Shown piece by piece: positions 1 to 9,637 of a DNA stretch of 64,000 nucleotides (the stretch's first letter is position 1; each line of letters starts with the position of its first letter). A model generated the notes under the pieces. That model did not search any database and was not told the origin of the DNA. It saw only the letters and a program-made list of their open reading frames with translations. This stretch comes from Bacteroidota bacterium (GTDB taxonomy: Bacteria; Bacteroidota; Bacteroidia; Bacteroidales; VadinHA17): the NCBI GenBank assembly GCA_018262715.1, contig JADFDS010000040.1, forward strand, positions 24,340-88,339, read 5' to 3'. A program made the translations under genes and the position numbers.

Positions 1-37
1 AATGATTCATGTCTGCATGAAAAAAAGATATAAATAA

Positions 38-45
38 TATATTTG
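38..45 (+). promoter_or_regulatory. Candidate Bacteroidota -7 promoter box TATATTTG (TAnnTTTG)
   Basis: Exact TAnnTTTG match with 19 nt between the box and the ATG at 65. Confidence 0.35.
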
Positions 46-64
46 TCAGGTTAACCTGATCACA

Positions 65-295
65 ATGAACAGCAGCAAAATGTATGACAAGGTCTTCGCG
101 ATCTTCGGAACAGTAATGGTCTTCTTTTATTTCGGACTGGCTATCTTCGTCCTTACCACGAAGATATTCGACATAGATAAAGCCATGAGGATCATACTGG
201 CCGTCCCTTTATTCATCTATGCCATCTACAGGGTTTTTATATCCTATGAAAAGATCAGGGACAGTTTTTTCAGCAATAAGGATGGTGATGAATAA
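65..295 (+). CDS. Small hypothetical membrane protein (two hydrophobic helices)
   Basis: 76 aa ORF with two clear hydrophobic segments (VFAIFGTVMVFFYFGLAIFVL, ILAVPLFIYAIY), preceded by a -7 box. Confidence 0.5.
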   Translation: MNSSKMYDKVFAIFGTVMVFFYFGLAIFVLTTKIFDIDKAMRIILAVPLFIYAIYRVFISYEKIRDSFFSNKDGDE

Positions 296-470
296 TTTAA
301 AGAAAAAGAGAGGGTAACAGCATTACAAAACGGTCATATTCTATTGGTGGCACAGACTTTGAAAACATTAATTGAGGAAGAGGTGATTTTTTTTAATATC
401 ACGGATCCCGATTTATAAGCATATTTTTATTAATATTGTGGCTCATAGCAAGTTGATAAGCAAAGGAACG

Positions 471-1430
471 ATGAATAAAGCAAAATCCCTCACGGCAGCC
501 GTTGCCGGAGTGATCTTCCTGGCATTGCTGAACCTGATGCCGGGCTGCAAGAACAAAGGGACTACAGCCTTAAAGGAGACCCCGACATCAGGCACTATCA
601 GAATTGCATCTGATGAATCCTTCAGACCTATAATAGAGGCGGAACTTGATACCTTCACCGCTCTCTACTCATATGCCCACATCACCCCGCTATACATGCC
701 GGAGAATGAACTGGTGGCCTTCTTCCTGAATGATTCGGTGAAGGTGATAGTCTCATCCTGGGCACCTACGGAAGAACAGAGGAAGCTGCTTCTTGACATG
801 CAGACCGTGGTTCGTACAACCGTTGTGGCATATGACGCCCTGGCTATAGTCCTCCACCGCAGCAATCCTGATTCACTGCTGACCTACGAGAACGTAAAGG
901 ATATCTTCACCGGCGCAGTTACTGACTGGAAACAGATCAACCCTTCATCAAAACTGGGTCAGACAAACGTTGTGTTTGATAACGTCAGGTCCGGCAACAT
1001 AAGATATTTCAGGGAAAAATTCACCCTTCCCGAAGAATTGCTGCCAAACTTCTTCGCAGTAAAATCGAATCCTGAGGTAATTGATTACGTATCACGTACA
1101 CCGGGAGCAATAGGCATCGTCAGTGTCAACTGGATAAGTGACGAGGATGACCCGCAGAGCTTTGGCATGCTGGGCAAGATAAAGGTTGCGGCCATTTCAC
1201 AACCCTACCTCGATAAAACATCATACTATCCGCCTTTGCAGGGACATATTTACGAAAAAACGTATCCGTTTGTGCGTGAGGTAAATATGCACTCAAGGGA
1301 ATCATATACAGGACTTGGCTCGGGATTTGTATCTTTTGTTGCAGGAGAAAAAGGACAAAGGATAATACTTAAATCGGGTCTTGTACCTGCAACGATGCCG
1401 ATTAGAATTATACAGGTAAAGAATGAGTAA
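471..1430 (+). CDS. PstS-like (PBP type 2) substrate-binding lipoprotein
   Basis: Lipobox LMPGC. PBP_like_2-type motifs (GTIRIASDESF, VAYDALAIVLHRSNP, VKDIFTG..TDWKQI). The ATG at 471 is preferred over the GTG at 438. Confidence 0.8.
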   Translation: MNKAKSLTAAVAGVIFLALLNLMPGCKNKGTTALKETPTSGTIRIASDESFRPIIEAELDTFTALYSYAHITPLYMPENELVAFFLNDSVKVIVSSWAPTEEQRKLLLDMQTVVRTTVVAYDALAIVLHRSNPDSLLTYENVKDIFTGAVTDWKQINPSSKLGQTNVVFDNVRSGNIRYFREKFTLPEELLPNFFAVKSNPEVIDYVSRTPGAIGIVSVNWISDEDDPQSFGMLGKIKVAAISQPYLDKTSYYPPLQGHIYEKTYPFVREVNMHSRESYTGLGSGFVSFVAGEKGQRIILKSGLVPATMPIRIIQVKNE

Positions 1431-1445
1431 CTAAACTTGATAACG

Positions 1446-3638
1446 ATGATTATGAGAAGCTTTAAACTCGCGTTGCTGCCCGCAGCGGTATTTTGCATGG
1501 TCTTTGGCACGGGGCTCAAGGCTCAGACCCTCGATGAGGCAAGGACTTTCACCAAGAACGAACAGTATGATAAGGCAGAGGTTCTGTTCCAGCAACTCAT
1601 TAAAAATGAGCCTACAAACAGCAAGATCTTCTTCCATTACGGGGAAAACGCACTGCTGAACTACTTTGCTGACACTATCTCCAACTCGCTGAATATTGCG
1701 ATGAAGGAAGCTGCCGACATCTTCGACAAGGGTGTTGCAGCCAACGCTGCTGACCCGCTGAACCATATAGGGCTTGCAAAGGTTGCCCTGTACAACGGCC
1801 AGAACGCCAGGGCAGAGGAACTGAGGCTGAAAGCCAAGGGACTCCTTCCTCCCTACAAGAAGGTCACCAAGATCAAAGATCCGAAAGGTTACGCCTATGC
1901 CCTTGCCAAGATTGCCGAATCATACATCCGGTTTGAGCAGGTTGACACCAGCAAGGCACTCCCATTCGTCAGGCAGGCACTCTCAATTGATCCGAGAAAC
2001 AGCGAGGTATATATCATTGCTGGCGACATCTATGACCTGGTAAATGACGGCTCAAAGGCTATCAAGAACTATAACCTTGCTCAGGACTGGGATCTGAAAT
2101 CCCCTGCAGCAAACATGAAAATCGGAAGTATCTATGTTAAGGGACGCAACCTCACTGCAGCCATCCCCTACTATGAGCAGGCCATAGCTCTCGACCAGAA
2201 CTATGCACCCGCGTACAGGGAGCTGGGACAGCTTTACTCCATGGCCGGAAGGTTCAATGACTCCAAAAAGTACTTTGAGAAATACCTCGAACTGACCCAG
2301 GGAAACATCCCCGCCAAGATCAGGTATGTCAACGCCCTGTTCTATGCCAAGGAATATGACGAGGTCATCAAGAATGTTGAGGAAATATTTGCCGTTGACC
2401 AGTCAAGGACATATATGAACCGTATTGCCGGTTACTCAGCATATGAAGAGGGCAATTTCGAGCTTGCAAAGCAGTATATGGACAAGCTTTTTGCCAACCT
2501 TGAGGCTGACCGCATCATCAAGAAGGACTATATCTACTATGCAAGGATTCTTGCCAGGAAGAACCAGAATTATTCGAAGCTTATGATAGACGTCGACAAT
2601 GATGCTGACGAACTTAGTAAGCTGCAGGCAAGGTATGTTACACTGAAGAGCCCTGCCAAAGAGCAGGCAAAGGCATCAATTGACGCACTGCAGGCCAGGG
2701 TTGAAGCAGGCCGCACACAGGTCAAAAAAGCCGAAGCCGAGTTTGCAAAGGCATTCGAAGCATATGACAAGGCAATCAGATTCAATGAAGAGGAAGACCT
2801 GAACCTGATGTATGAAAAGGGAACCATTCAGTACGGTGCCCATATGTATGCCGAAGCAGCATCAACCTGGTCACAGCTCCTTGAGAAGGGAAGAGACAGT
2901 GAAAACGATTTCCTGCAGGTGGGAAGGGCTTTTTACCAGGATAAAGCCTTTGACAAGGCTGACCAGGCCTTTAACAAGATGATTGCGAAATACCCTGACA
3001 ACCTGCAGGGTTACCTCTGGCTGGCCAACATTGCCTCTGCGAAGGATCCCGATTCTGAACTCGGCCTTGCAAAACCGAGGTTTCAGATGCTCCTCAACAA
3101 AGCTGCCGCTGACTCGGTAAAGAACGTGAAGGAAATATATGACGCCCTCCGTTATCTTGGCTATGAAGCCCTGCAGAACAAGAGGTACGACGAAGCAAAG
3201 GCTTACTACAACAGGATGATGAACCTCTCACCCGAATATCGCATCAGGGCCCATAGCTCGCTGAGCACCATGTATATGACCATGGGTGACTATCCGAAGG
3301 CAATCGAGGAAAACAACAGGATCCTTGCCATTGAACCCGGAAACGATGGCGCAAAGTCGGCCATCCAGTACATAGCCCAGCTTCAGAAGAGCGCACAGCC
3401 TAAAGCACATCCCAACGAAATCACAGGTGTGATCTCTGATTCCAACGGCGATCCCATCCCGGGAGCCTCAGTAAGGGTTAAGGACACTGCTGCCGAAGCC
3501 TGGACCAATGCAAGGGGTGAATACAAGTTTGTGATGCCGGAAGCATCAGAGACACTTGTTATCAGCGCCAAGGGCTACAAGTCGATTGAAATACCTGTTT
3601 CAAAGAGAAGGACTTACAATGCCACGCTCGACAAATGA
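1446..3638 (+). CDS. TPR-repeat protein with C-terminal carboxypeptidase-regulatory-like domain
   Basis: Signal peptide ending GLKAQ. Multiple TPR-like units (YDKAEVLFQQLIKNEP, AIPYYEQAIALDQNYAPAY and others). C-terminal ITGVISDSNGDPIPGASVRVKD (CarboxypepD_reg-like). ORF opens at TTG 1437; ATG 1446 is used here. Confidence 0.8.
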   Translation: MIMRSFKLALLPAAVFCMVFGTGLKAQTLDEARTFTKNEQYDKAEVLFQQLIKNEPTNSKIFFHYGENALLNYFADTISNSLNIAMKEAADIFDKGVAANAADPLNHIGLAKVALYNGQNARAEELRLKAKGLLPPYKKVTKIKDPKGYAYALAKIAESYIRFEQVDTSKALPFVRQALSIDPRNSEVYIIAGDIYDLVNDGSKAIKNYNLAQDWDLKSPAANMKIGSIYVKGRNLTAAIPYYEQAIALDQNYAPAYRELGQLYSMAGRFNDSKKYFEKYLELTQGNIPAKIRYVNALFYAKEYDEVIKNVEEIFAVDQSRTYMNRIAGYSAYEEGNFELAKQYMDKLFANLEADRIIKKDYIYYARILARKNQNYSKLMIDVDNDADELSKLQARYVTLKSPAKEQAKASIDALQARVEAGRTQVKKAEAEFAKAFEAYDKAIRFNEEEDLNLMYEKGTIQYGAHMYAEAASTWSQLLEKGRDSENDFLQVGRAFYQDKAFDKADQAFNKMIAKYPDNLQGYLWLANIASAKDPDSELGLAKPRFQMLLNKAAADSVKNVKEIYDALRYLGYEALQNKRYDEAKAYYNRMMNLSPEYRIRAHSSLSTMYMTMGDYPKAIEENNRILAIEPGNDGAKSAIQYIAQLQKSAQPKAHPNEITGVISDSNGDPIPGASVRVKDTAAEAWTNARGEYKFVMPEASETLVISAKGYKSIEIPVSKRRTYNATLDK

Positions 3639-3753
3639 CGCTTAATTGTTAATGAGTTATAAAATTGATCTATTTGATTTTGGCTATTGTAAAACAAATT
3701 GATAATAATTATTTTTGACACCTGTTTACTTAAACCAACTAAAGAATACTAAA

Positions 3754-4569
3754 ATGAGTAAAAAAACCAAGTCGTCAAGTGGTGTATGGCAGTCGCTCTT
3801 CGCACCCCTAGCAATCATTCTTGCATTTATTGTTGCTTACCTTATCTTCACCCGCGTTCTGGGTAACCCGGTTAACTTTGAAGGTGGCAACCCCAAGGGT
3901 CATCCCCTGCAGGGTAACCTGCTCGGTCTGATGTACAAGGGCGGTGTCATCGTGCCTGTTCTCATCACAATTGTGATAACGCTTATCATTTATTTCTTTG
4001 AAAGGCTCATCACTCTGACAAGGGTAAAAGGAAGGGCAAGACTTAACGTGTTTGTCTCAAACGTACAGCAGATGCTCGCAGAAGACAGGATTGAGGATGC
4101 AATCGTTGCATGTGACAAGCAGAAGGGTTCACTTGCCAATGTTCTCAAGGCAGGTCTCTCACGCTACCGTGCCCTGGAAAATGACAAGGAACTGGAAAAA
4201 GACCAGAAGATCACTTCAATGAAGCAGGCTATTGAAGAGGCTACAGCTCTCGAGCTCCCTGTTCTTTCAAGGAACATGGTCATCCTCTCAACGATTGCTT
4301 CGATCTCAGTGCTTATCGGTCTTATCGGAACGGTTATCGGGATGATCCGTGCATTCGCCGCCCTGGCACAGTCAGGTGCTCCTGATGCCCTCGCCCTCTC
4401 AACCGGTATTTCCGAAGCTCTTGTCAATACAGCATTCGGTATTACAGGCTCAACCCTGGCTATCATCTTCTTCAACTGGTTCTCATCAATGATTGACAGC
4501 TATGTGTTTAAAATTGATGAGGCTGGCTTCAGTCTGACCCAGACATTCGCCGCCTCTATCAGAAAATAG
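3754..4569 (+). CDS. exbB: MotA/TolQ/ExbB family proton channel
   Basis: Three TM segments and the family signature region LSTIASISVLIGLIGTVIGMIRAF...GISEALVNTAFGI. ATG 3754 (MSKKTK) is preferred over TTG 3715. Confidence 0.9.
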   Translation: MSKKTKSSSGVWQSLFAPLAIILAFIVAYLIFTRVLGNPVNFEGGNPKGHPLQGNLLGLMYKGGVIVPVLITIVITLIIYFFERLITLTRVKGRARLNVFVSNVQQMLAEDRIEDAIVACDKQKGSLANVLKAGLSRYRALENDKELEKDQKITSMKQAIEEATALELPVLSRNMVILSTIASISVLIGLIGTVIGMIRAFAALAQSGAPDALALSTGISEALVNTAFGITGSTLAIIFFNWFSSMIDSYVFKIDEAGFSLTQTFAASIRK

Positions 4570-4614
4570 CTGCCGAATTTATTCTTTTGGTCAAAAAAAG
4601 AAAGGAATTAAAAG

Positions 4615-5253
4615 ATGCCAAAGATTAAATTAGGAGCCAAATCGCCACGAATCGACATGACGCCGATGGTGGACCTGTTCACACTGCTGCTCACATTCTT
4701 CATTCTGACAGCAACGTTCAGGCCCCAGGAATCGGCTCCTGTTGATACACCTTTTTCCGTATCGGAGAAACCCATGATGGATGCCAACGTAATGACGGTA
4801 CTCATCGCGAAGGACAACCGGGTATTTTTCAATGTTGACAACGGACCGGACACCATTCTGAAATTCCGGCCGAAAATCCTTGCCGAAATGGGCAAGCGTT
4901 ACAACATTGAATTCACCGAGGATGAACTTCGCCTCTTCGAGAAGACCGGCACTGCCGTGGGCGTTCCGATACAGGATATGAAGAAATACCTCGCCTCGAA
5001 GGATTCGGATGAGAAAATTGCACTCGAAAAAGGTGTGCCTATTGACTCAACCGATAACCAGCTTGCCTTGTGGATTCTCTTTGCACGCCAGATCAACCCT
5101 GCAGCTGATGCAATGATCAAGGGCGACGCAGACGTTGAATTCCCGGTTGTAAGGGAAGTACTTGATATTCTGCAGGACAAGAATGTGAACAGGTTCAACC
5201 TGATCACGAACCTGAGGTCAGCTGAAGTAACCGAAGAACAAATAGCAGAATAA
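4615..5253 (+). CDS. exbD: ExbD/TolR family biopolymer transport protein
   Basis: N-terminal RIDMTPMVDLFTLLLTFFIL signature with the conserved TM Asp. Directly follows exbB. Confidence 0.9.
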   Translation: MPKIKLGAKSPRIDMTPMVDLFTLLLTFFILTATFRPQESAPVDTPFSVSEKPMMDANVMTVLIAKDNRVFFNVDNGPDTILKFRPKILAEMGKRYNIEFTEDELRLFEKTGTAVGVPIQDMKKYLASKDSDEKIALEKGVPIDSTDNQLALWILFARQINPAADAMIKGDADVEFPVVREVLDILQDKNVNRFNLITNLRSAEVTEEQIAE

Positions 5254-5254
5254 G

Positions 5255-5914
5255 ATGGCAGACGTACAAGTCCAGGAACAAAGCAAAGGCGGGAAAAAGA
5301 AACCAAAAAAAGGTGATGCCCGCGTGGATATGACGCCGATGGTAGACCTCATGAGTCTGCTCATCACGTTCTTCATGCTCACAGCAGCTTTCAGCAAACC
5401 CAAGGTGATGGAAATAATCCTTCCTGAAAAAATCAAGAAGAATGAAAAAGTAGAACCACCGAAGATTGCTGACAGCCGAACTCTCAATATCATCCTCGGT
5501 CCGGAAGACAAAGTCTACTGGTACCCCGGCAAAGCAGACCCTGAAGTGACAGTACTCCAGGAAACTGATTTCAGCGCAACAGGAATCCGTCAGGTACTCC
5601 TTGACCGGAACAGGGCCCTGTTCCGCAAAATAGACCAGTTTGAGAAAGATGTTATCGCAGGTAAGATCAATATCAAACAGGACTCCATGAGATCAGCCAT
5701 CAGCCAGCTGAAAAAGGATGATGATACAGGGCCTATCGTTCTAATCAAAGCCTACAAGACAGCCAAGTACAAAAACTTCGTCGATATCATGGACGAGATG
5801 TCAATTGTGGGTATTGCCCGATACATTTTTACTGACATAGACTGGATTGAGGAGAAACTGGTTGTCGATGCCATCAACAGGGCAGCAGCCACTCCTTCAG
5901 GTTCAGCACAATAG
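5255..5914 (+). CDS. exbD: ExbD/TolR family biopolymer transport protein (second paralog)
   Basis: RVDMTPMVDLMSLLITFFML signature. Starts 1 nt after the first exbD. Confidence 0.9.
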   Translation: MADVQVQEQSKGGKKKPKKGDARVDMTPMVDLMSLLITFFMLTAAFSKPKVMEIILPEKIKKNEKVEPPKIADSRTLNIILGPEDKVYWYPGKADPEVTVLQETDFSATGIRQVLLDRNRALFRKIDQFEKDVIAGKINIKQDSMRSAISQLKKDDDTGPIVLIKAYKTAKYKNFVDIMDEMSIVGIARYIFTDIDWIEEKLVVDAINRAAATPSGSAQ

Positions 5915-5928
5915 GGAGGGATACAACT

Positions 5929-6708
5929 ATGGCAAACGAAAAGAAACGATACCCAAGCTTCGATGATATAGTATTCGAAGGCAGAAACAAGGAATACGGC
6001 GCATACGAAATCCGCAGGAAATATGCCAGGACAATGACAATGTCAATTATCATTGGCATCATCGTGGTCTTCTTTGCAGCCTACATTCCTTATATCAAGG
6101 CCAAGAGTGTTGCACAGATCAAGCAGAGGGACGCCAATGAGGTCATAGCCGAAATGGCCAATGACATCAACCAGGAAGCCGCTGCTCCTCCTCCGCCTCC
6201 GCCACCCCCACCCCCGTCAGAACAGCAGACAGTGGTGAAATATGTGGCCCCTGTAATCGTTGATACCATCAAACCCGAAGACGCATCCCAGTTTATGACT
6301 GCTGACGACGTGGCCGAGACCGTGGTTGACGAGGAAGTGGGACTTGAGGTAATCGAACAGGTACAGGAAGAGGTACAGGAAGAAGCCCCGCGCGAAGTGT
6401 TTGTGGTGGTAGAAGAGATGCCTTCATTCCCGGGAGGGGATACCGAGCTCTTCAAGTTCATCTATGACAACATCAAGTATCCTGAACTTGCCAAGGAAAA
6501 CAACATCCAGGGTAAGGTGATACTTCGCTTCTGCGTCACATACAAGGGCACCGTTGACCAGGTATCCGTGGTCAGGGGCGTTGACCCGTCTCTCGATGAA
6601 GAGGCAATCAGGGTCATCAAGATGCTCCCGCTGTGGAAACCCGGTAAACAGGGCGGTAAACCCGTGAACGTGTGGTACAGCGTACCCATCAGCTTCCAGC
6701 TCAAGTAA
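5929..6708 (+). CDS. tonB: TonB family energy transducer
   Basis: N-terminal TM anchor, a run of 10 prolines (AAPPPPPPPPPPSE) and a C-terminal TonB domain (EEMPSFPGG...NIQGKVILRFCV...KPGKQGGKPVNVWYSVPISF). Confidence 0.9.
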   Translation: MANEKKRYPSFDDIVFEGRNKEYGAYEIRRKYARTMTMSIIIGIIVVFFAAYIPYIKAKSVAQIKQRDANEVIAEMANDINQEAAAPPPPPPPPPPSEQQTVVKYVAPVIVDTIKPEDASQFMTADDVAETVVDEEVGLEVIEQVQEEVQEEAPREVFVVVEEMPSFPGGDTELFKFIYDNIKYPELAKENNIQGKVILRFCVTYKGTVDQVSVVRGVDPSLDEEAIRVIKMLPLWKPGKQGGKPVNVWYSVPISFQLK

Positions 6709-6726
6709 CGGAAACTGAACGGATAT

Positions 6727-6759
6727 AAAAAAGGTGTCTCAATTGAGGCACCTTTTTTT
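6727..6759. terminator. Bidirectional rho-independent terminator between the convergent tonB and 6781-7623 genes
   Basis: Stem GGTGTCTC (6733-6740), loop AATT, stem GAGGCACC (6745-6752, one G-U pair). Flanked by an A-run on the 5' side and T7 on the 3' side. Confidence 0.65.
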
Positions 6760-6780
6760 ATGCTGATTCAAATGCACAGT

Positions 6781-7623
6781 TCAGCGGCCGCCAAGCATCA
6801 ACGTGATGTAACGCTCAGCCAGCGGCGTCCTCTCAAATGGCAGGCCGCTGACCAGTATCAGCTTTCCCCCCTGCCTCGCCATATGCAGTACCCCGTTGAA
6901 CCCGTCCTCAAAGGCATACTTGAAAACCTCCTCATCGGCTGACCATGCATCTCCGGCAAGGGCGGCTCCCATTGCGCCAGCATCAGCCGGATCTTCACAG
7001 CTGAAGAGATATATGTCAAACCGGTCTCCCTCAACCTCGTACGAAGCCCTGAAGGCACCACGAAGAAACTCGTGCCCCAGGACACTCTCAAGCAGGTAGG
7101 TTTCCTGGTTCTTCAGAAGCCCTTCGGAAGGAAAGAGCCCGAGCAGTGCCGGAAACTCCCCCGATCCTCCAATACCGGACGAAATAAGACCCGCAAGATG
7201 GAGCATGGCGCTGTTCACTTTTGCAGAGCGGGAATGGCTCATAACCTTGACATAAAAACAGTCTTTGTAGAAATGAACCGCACCTTCCTCATTGTAGCCC
7301 TGCACCCCTGTGTTAATGAATTTATATCCCGGCGAGCGCTCCATGGAGTAAATACCGAAAGCCCTGGCATCATCACCAAACCGGTAGATCTCAGCCTTGA
7401 TGCTGTTCCTGCCCTTCACATACTCCCTTATGTTCAGGTCAAGGAAGCCAAGCTGAAGGTAGGCGTCGGCTGCACCATTGATATAGTTCCACAGGTCGTC
7501 AGGAGTGTAAACGGGATAGTCATTGCTCATCCTGTACCCCTTCAGATCCGGGAAAAGATCCTGACCCTGAATAGCCTGAAATGAGGCAATGAGCAGTACA
7601 GAAATAAAAAGATTTCTTTTCAT
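6781..7623 (-). CDS. Hypothetical secreted protein
   Basis: 280 aa with signal peptide MKRNLFISVLLIASFQAIQGQ. Lies 12 nt downstream of the Tat-AKR gene on the same strand. I recognise no motif confidently. Confidence 0.6.
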   Translation of the reverse strand: MKRNLFISVLLIASFQAIQGQDLFPDLKGYRMSNDYPVYTPDDLWNYINGAADAYLQLGFLDLNIREYVKGRNSIKAEIYRFGDDARAFGIYSMERSPGYKFINTGVQGYNEEGAVHFYKDCFYVKVMSHSRSAKVNSAMLHLAGLISSGIGGSGEFPALLGLFPSEGLLKNQETYLLESVLGHEFLRGAFRASYEVEGDRFDIYLFSCEDPADAGAMGAALAGDAWSADEEVFKYAFEDGFNGVLHMARQGGKLILVSGLPFERTPLAERYITLMLGGR

Positions 7624-7635
7624 CGCGTTGTTATT

Positions 7636-8820
7636 TTATCCCAGGAGGTCATACGGTACATTCGCCAGCCTGGATATGTCGCTGATCTTACCCCTGATAT
7701 CAAATCCCCTTACGCAGCTGGCAGTGCATGTGTCACAGCCGGCACAGGGATTGGCCTCAACCGCAGTCTCGCTGACAAGCTCTGAGGCCATAGCGGCATT
7801 ATGATAGCCGTAGGCATACATATAAGCCCTCATCAGCTCCGGTATCGGCAGATTATTGGGGCAGCCGGGGACACAGTTGCTGCATGCATTGCAGTAAAGC
7901 CCGGGTAATGAGGCTTCAGCCACCAGGTCAGCCTTTTCCTGATCTGTGAGCACTATGTCCTTCATAATTTTCAGATCTGTCTCCAGCTGGTCAAACGCAG
8001 TGATTCCGGGAATGGTGGTATGCACGTTCGGATTTGACAATACCCACTTCAGGGCAGCCTGTACGTTGACAGGCTTGGTTCTCTCCCTGTCAAGCCATCC
8101 TCCGGCCAATGTTTTCATGGCTACCACGCCAATGCCCGCTGCGGCAGCCTTCTCAATGGCGCTGTTCATCTCAGCAAGGTAGGTCTGGCGGTAGTTGTAT
8201 GATGTGAGCACAACATCCCATATACCATCTTCAACCATGGTATTGATAACCAGCGGCTCATTCTTGTGTGTTGATATCCCAATGAACCGAACCCTTCCCT
8301 GCTTCTTCAGATCAAGCATCGCTTTGACAGTCTCCCTGTGCCTGACCATCTCAACACTGTCTGCAGAGTGCATGTAAAGAATATCAACATAGTCGAGTTT
8401 CAGCCTGCTCAGGCTGAGATTAAACATTGCCAGGAAGCTCTCGGCCGTGGTATCCTTTGAGGGAAGCCCGGTACGGGAGTCAACCCCCGCCGGCTTCACC
8501 TTTGTGGCTAACACAAATGATTCGCGGGGCAGAGTGCTGAAAAATCCTCCGAGCATCTCCTCGTTCCGGCCGTTCATATAGCCGTGAGCCGTGTCAAAAA
8601 GCTTTATTCCACCCTCATGGGCAGCCCTTACCAGAGAACTGTTGTCAGACCTCATCACGCCGAAGCTGACTACGGGCAGCCTGAGATTGGTTTTACCCAG
8701 GGTCCTGTATATAATCTCTCCCTCATCTGTTTTACCGTTTACGGCCAGGGCCCGGTTACCCATCAATGTGATCCCTGCTGCTCCCGCAAGGCCGGATCTG
8801 AAAAAGTTTCTGCGTTTCAT
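7636..8820 (-). CDS. Tat-exported aldo/keto reductase with C-terminal 2x[4Fe-4S]-type cysteine motifs
   Basis: Twin-arginine signal MKRRNFFRSGLAGAAG. AKR core (FDTAHGYMNGRNEEMLG, DILYMHS). C-terminal CNACSNCVPGCP and CAGCDTCTASC. ORF extends to 8865, but ATG 8820 places the RR motif at the N-terminus. Confidence 0.8.
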   Translation of the reverse strand: MKRRNFFRSGLAGAAGITLMGNRALAVNGKTDEGEIIYRTLGKTNLRLPVVSFGVMRSDNSSLVRAAHEGGIKLFDTAHGYMNGRNEEMLGGFFSTLPRESFVLATKVKPAGVDSRTGLPSKDTTAESFLAMFNLSLSRLKLDYVDILYMHSADSVEMVRHRETVKAMLDLKKQGRVRFIGISTHKNEPLVINTMVEDGIWDVVLTSYNYRQTYLAEMNSAIEKAAAAGIGVVAMKTLAGGWLDRERTKPVNVQAALKWVLSNPNVHTTIPGITAFDQLETDLKIMKDIVLTDQEKADLVAEASLPGLYCNACSNCVPGCPNNLPIPELMRAYMYAYGYHNAAMASELVSETAVEANPCAGCDTCTASCVRGFDIRGKISDISRLANVPYDLLG

Positions 8821-8985
8821 TGGGAATTTTTGGTCGTCTTCTATGATTTCTGCAAATATGCTCACTTCAGGGCAGTGTTGATAAATTCATTCTGTTCTTA
8901 TCACCGTGCCGTTGAGAATGAGCCAATATACAAATATTTTATCTTATTTTAGCGAGGCTGTCGCGCAGCAAAAAATCAGGCAATC

Positions 8986-9633
8986 ATGGGACGATATATC
9001 CACAACCTGATATCAGGCGGCGAGGGTTTGAACCTTGACTTCAAGTACTGCATCTCTGACCCGCAGAAGATTGCGCGTACCCTGTCAGCATTTTCAAACA
9101 CTGCCGGGGGAAAGCTGCTTATCGGAGTCAGGGACAACGGATCACTCGCCGGCGTAAGGTCAGACGAGGAGTATTACATGATAGACGCCGCCGCCAGGCT
9201 CCATTGTGACCCCGAAGTGACTATCCGTACAAGAAACCACACTGTTAACGGCAAAAACATCCTTGAGGTAGAGGTGCCGAAAAGCACCATAATACCGGTA
9301 AAGGCCAGGGATGAACATGGAAGGTGGAAAGCCTATTTCAGGCAAAACGACCAGAACTTTATGGCTGACAGGGTGATCCTTCAGGTGTGGCGGCGCAGCG
9401 TAAAGTCACGCGGACTGCTCCTGAGGTTTGAGGAGACTGAAAACCTGCTTCTGAATCATCTGCGAAGCGAGGGCAGGATAACGGTGGAAGAATTCCGGAA
9501 CCTTACAGGTATCAATGCCAGGAGGGCCGAAAAGATACTCAGTGATTTTATCCTCTGCGGCCTGATCACCTACGAGGCCAGTGAAAGGGGAATCTTTTAC
9601 AGGCTCAGCACTGAGTTTGGTTCAGGCAGGTGA
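8986..9633 (+). CDS. AlbA_2 (Schlafen-like) putative nucleic-acid-binding domain protein with C-terminal wHTH-like region
   Basis: GEGLNLDFKY...LSAFSNTAGGKLLIGVRDNG...ILEVEVP pattern typical of the AlbA_2 domain. Confidence 0.6.
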   Translation: MGRYIHNLISGGEGLNLDFKYCISDPQKIARTLSAFSNTAGGKLLIGVRDNGSLAGVRSDEEYYMIDAAARLHCDPEVTIRTRNHTVNGKNILEVEVPKSTIIPVKARDEHGRWKAYFRQNDQNFMADRVILQVWRRSVKSRGLLLRFEETENLLLNHLRSEGRITVEEFRNLTGINARRAEKILSDFILCGLITYEASERGIFYRLSTEFGSGR

Positions 9634-9637
9634 GCAA

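Noticed and set aside
6181-6215. CCN-rich low-complexity DNA that looks like a tandem repeat
   Set aside because: It encodes the poly-proline spacer of TonB (a run of 10 Pro). This is a protein-level feature, not a DNA repeat element.
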